From TPA_inf: Saccharomyces (Eukaryota), in NCBI GenBank assembly GCA_000146045.2, contig BK006941.2, positions 192,001 through 256,000 on the forward strand: DNA of 64,000 nucleotides, read 5' to 3'. Under the pieces are notes generated by a model. That model worked only from the letters and a program-made list of their open reading frames with translations. It made no database searches and was not told the origin of the DNA. How positions within the stretch are numbered: position 1 is the first letter of the stretch; each line of letters opens with the position of its first letter. A program made the translations under genes and the position numbers. Shown piece after piece: positions 63,663-64,000 of this stretch.

Positions 63663-64000
63663 ATGGACATGACTAAAAACCACACCACTGACACAGAGGA
63701 GTTTGATGATGGTGATATACGTCCAGTCAGTTTGGGAATTGTGGACGATTATAACGCTTCGTTCGAATTACCTTTGAAACCAAAGTTTTTACAGAGTGAG
63801 AATTTCTCAGATTTAACAAGTGAATGGGACCAGTCTAGATCAAATACGCCTGGTCTTGCAGAAGGCAAGACTGAGAAAGCACAGCCATGCGGTACAACAG
63901 ATAGTTCAAAAAATAGAATACATGTAGAGCAACTGTTGGAATCCGCTAATGAAATGAATAATTATTTGGCGCAGAATATAGAGAACATAAACAATTTTCA
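63663..64000 (+). CDS. PCL10: PCL10, a Pho85 cyclin. Only the N-terminal ~112 codons are in the window; the gene continues beyond it.
   Basis: The ATG is at 63663 and the open frame MDMTKNHTTDTEEFDDGDIRPVSLGIVDDYNASFELPLKPKF... runs to the window end. Its position after RPL1B matches YGL134W. Confidence 0.75.
   Translation, partial: MDMTKNHTTDTEEFDDGDIRPVSLGIVDDYNASFELPLKPKFLQSENFSDLTSEWDQSRSNTPGLAEGKTEKAQPCGTTDSSKNRIHVEQLLESANEMNNYLAQNIENINNF

Noticed and set aside
1-64000. Search for CRISPR arrays, operons, toxin-antitoxin or defence islands, and prophage or plasmid signatures
   Set aside because: The sequence is eukaryotic (S. cerevisiae). It has a spliceosomal intron, an intron-containing nuclear tRNA and monocistronic genes on both strands. 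No direct-repeat/spacer arrays or prokaryotic gene organisation are present.

Overview
The window is Saccharomyces cerevisiae nuclear DNA from the left arm of chromosome VII. It is collinear with the S288C interval YGL164C (YRB30, 3' part) through YGL134W (PCL10, 5' part). I identified the genes by recognising the translated ORFs and their lengths; no database search was possible. The window holds 29 protein-coding genes: RAD54, SUT1, YIP5, AIM14, YGL159W, RCK1, ARI1, AMS1, CDC43, LYS5, PEX14, NUT1/MED5, INO80, ARO2, RPL9A, RRT6, TIP20, ROG1, MRF1, GPI10, HUL5, YGL140C, FLC3, YGL138C, SEC27, MRM2, RPL1B, plus partial YRB30 and PCL10. It also holds two 'dubious' ORFs that overlap real genes (YGL152C, YGL149W). 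There is one tRNA-Leu(CAA) gene with a 32-nt intron, sitting in a 3.2-kb gene-free AT-rich interval. SEC27 carries a canonical 200-nt spliceosomal intron after codon 6. Gene density, short intergenic regions, ribosomal-protein promoter architecture (Rap1 sites plus T-tracts) and codon bias are all typical for yeast. I see no CRISPR array, no intact transposon, no prokaryotic-type operon and no evidence of a novel or undescribed system. Every long ORF is accounted for by a known gene. The findings below are ordinary ones: cis-regulatory motifs, microsatellite and low-complexity repeats, start-codon corrections to the ORF track, overlapping or convergent gene pairs, and genes whose function remains uncharacterised. 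Several six-frame ORFs begin at upstream in-frame ATGs; the corrected starts are given in the features.
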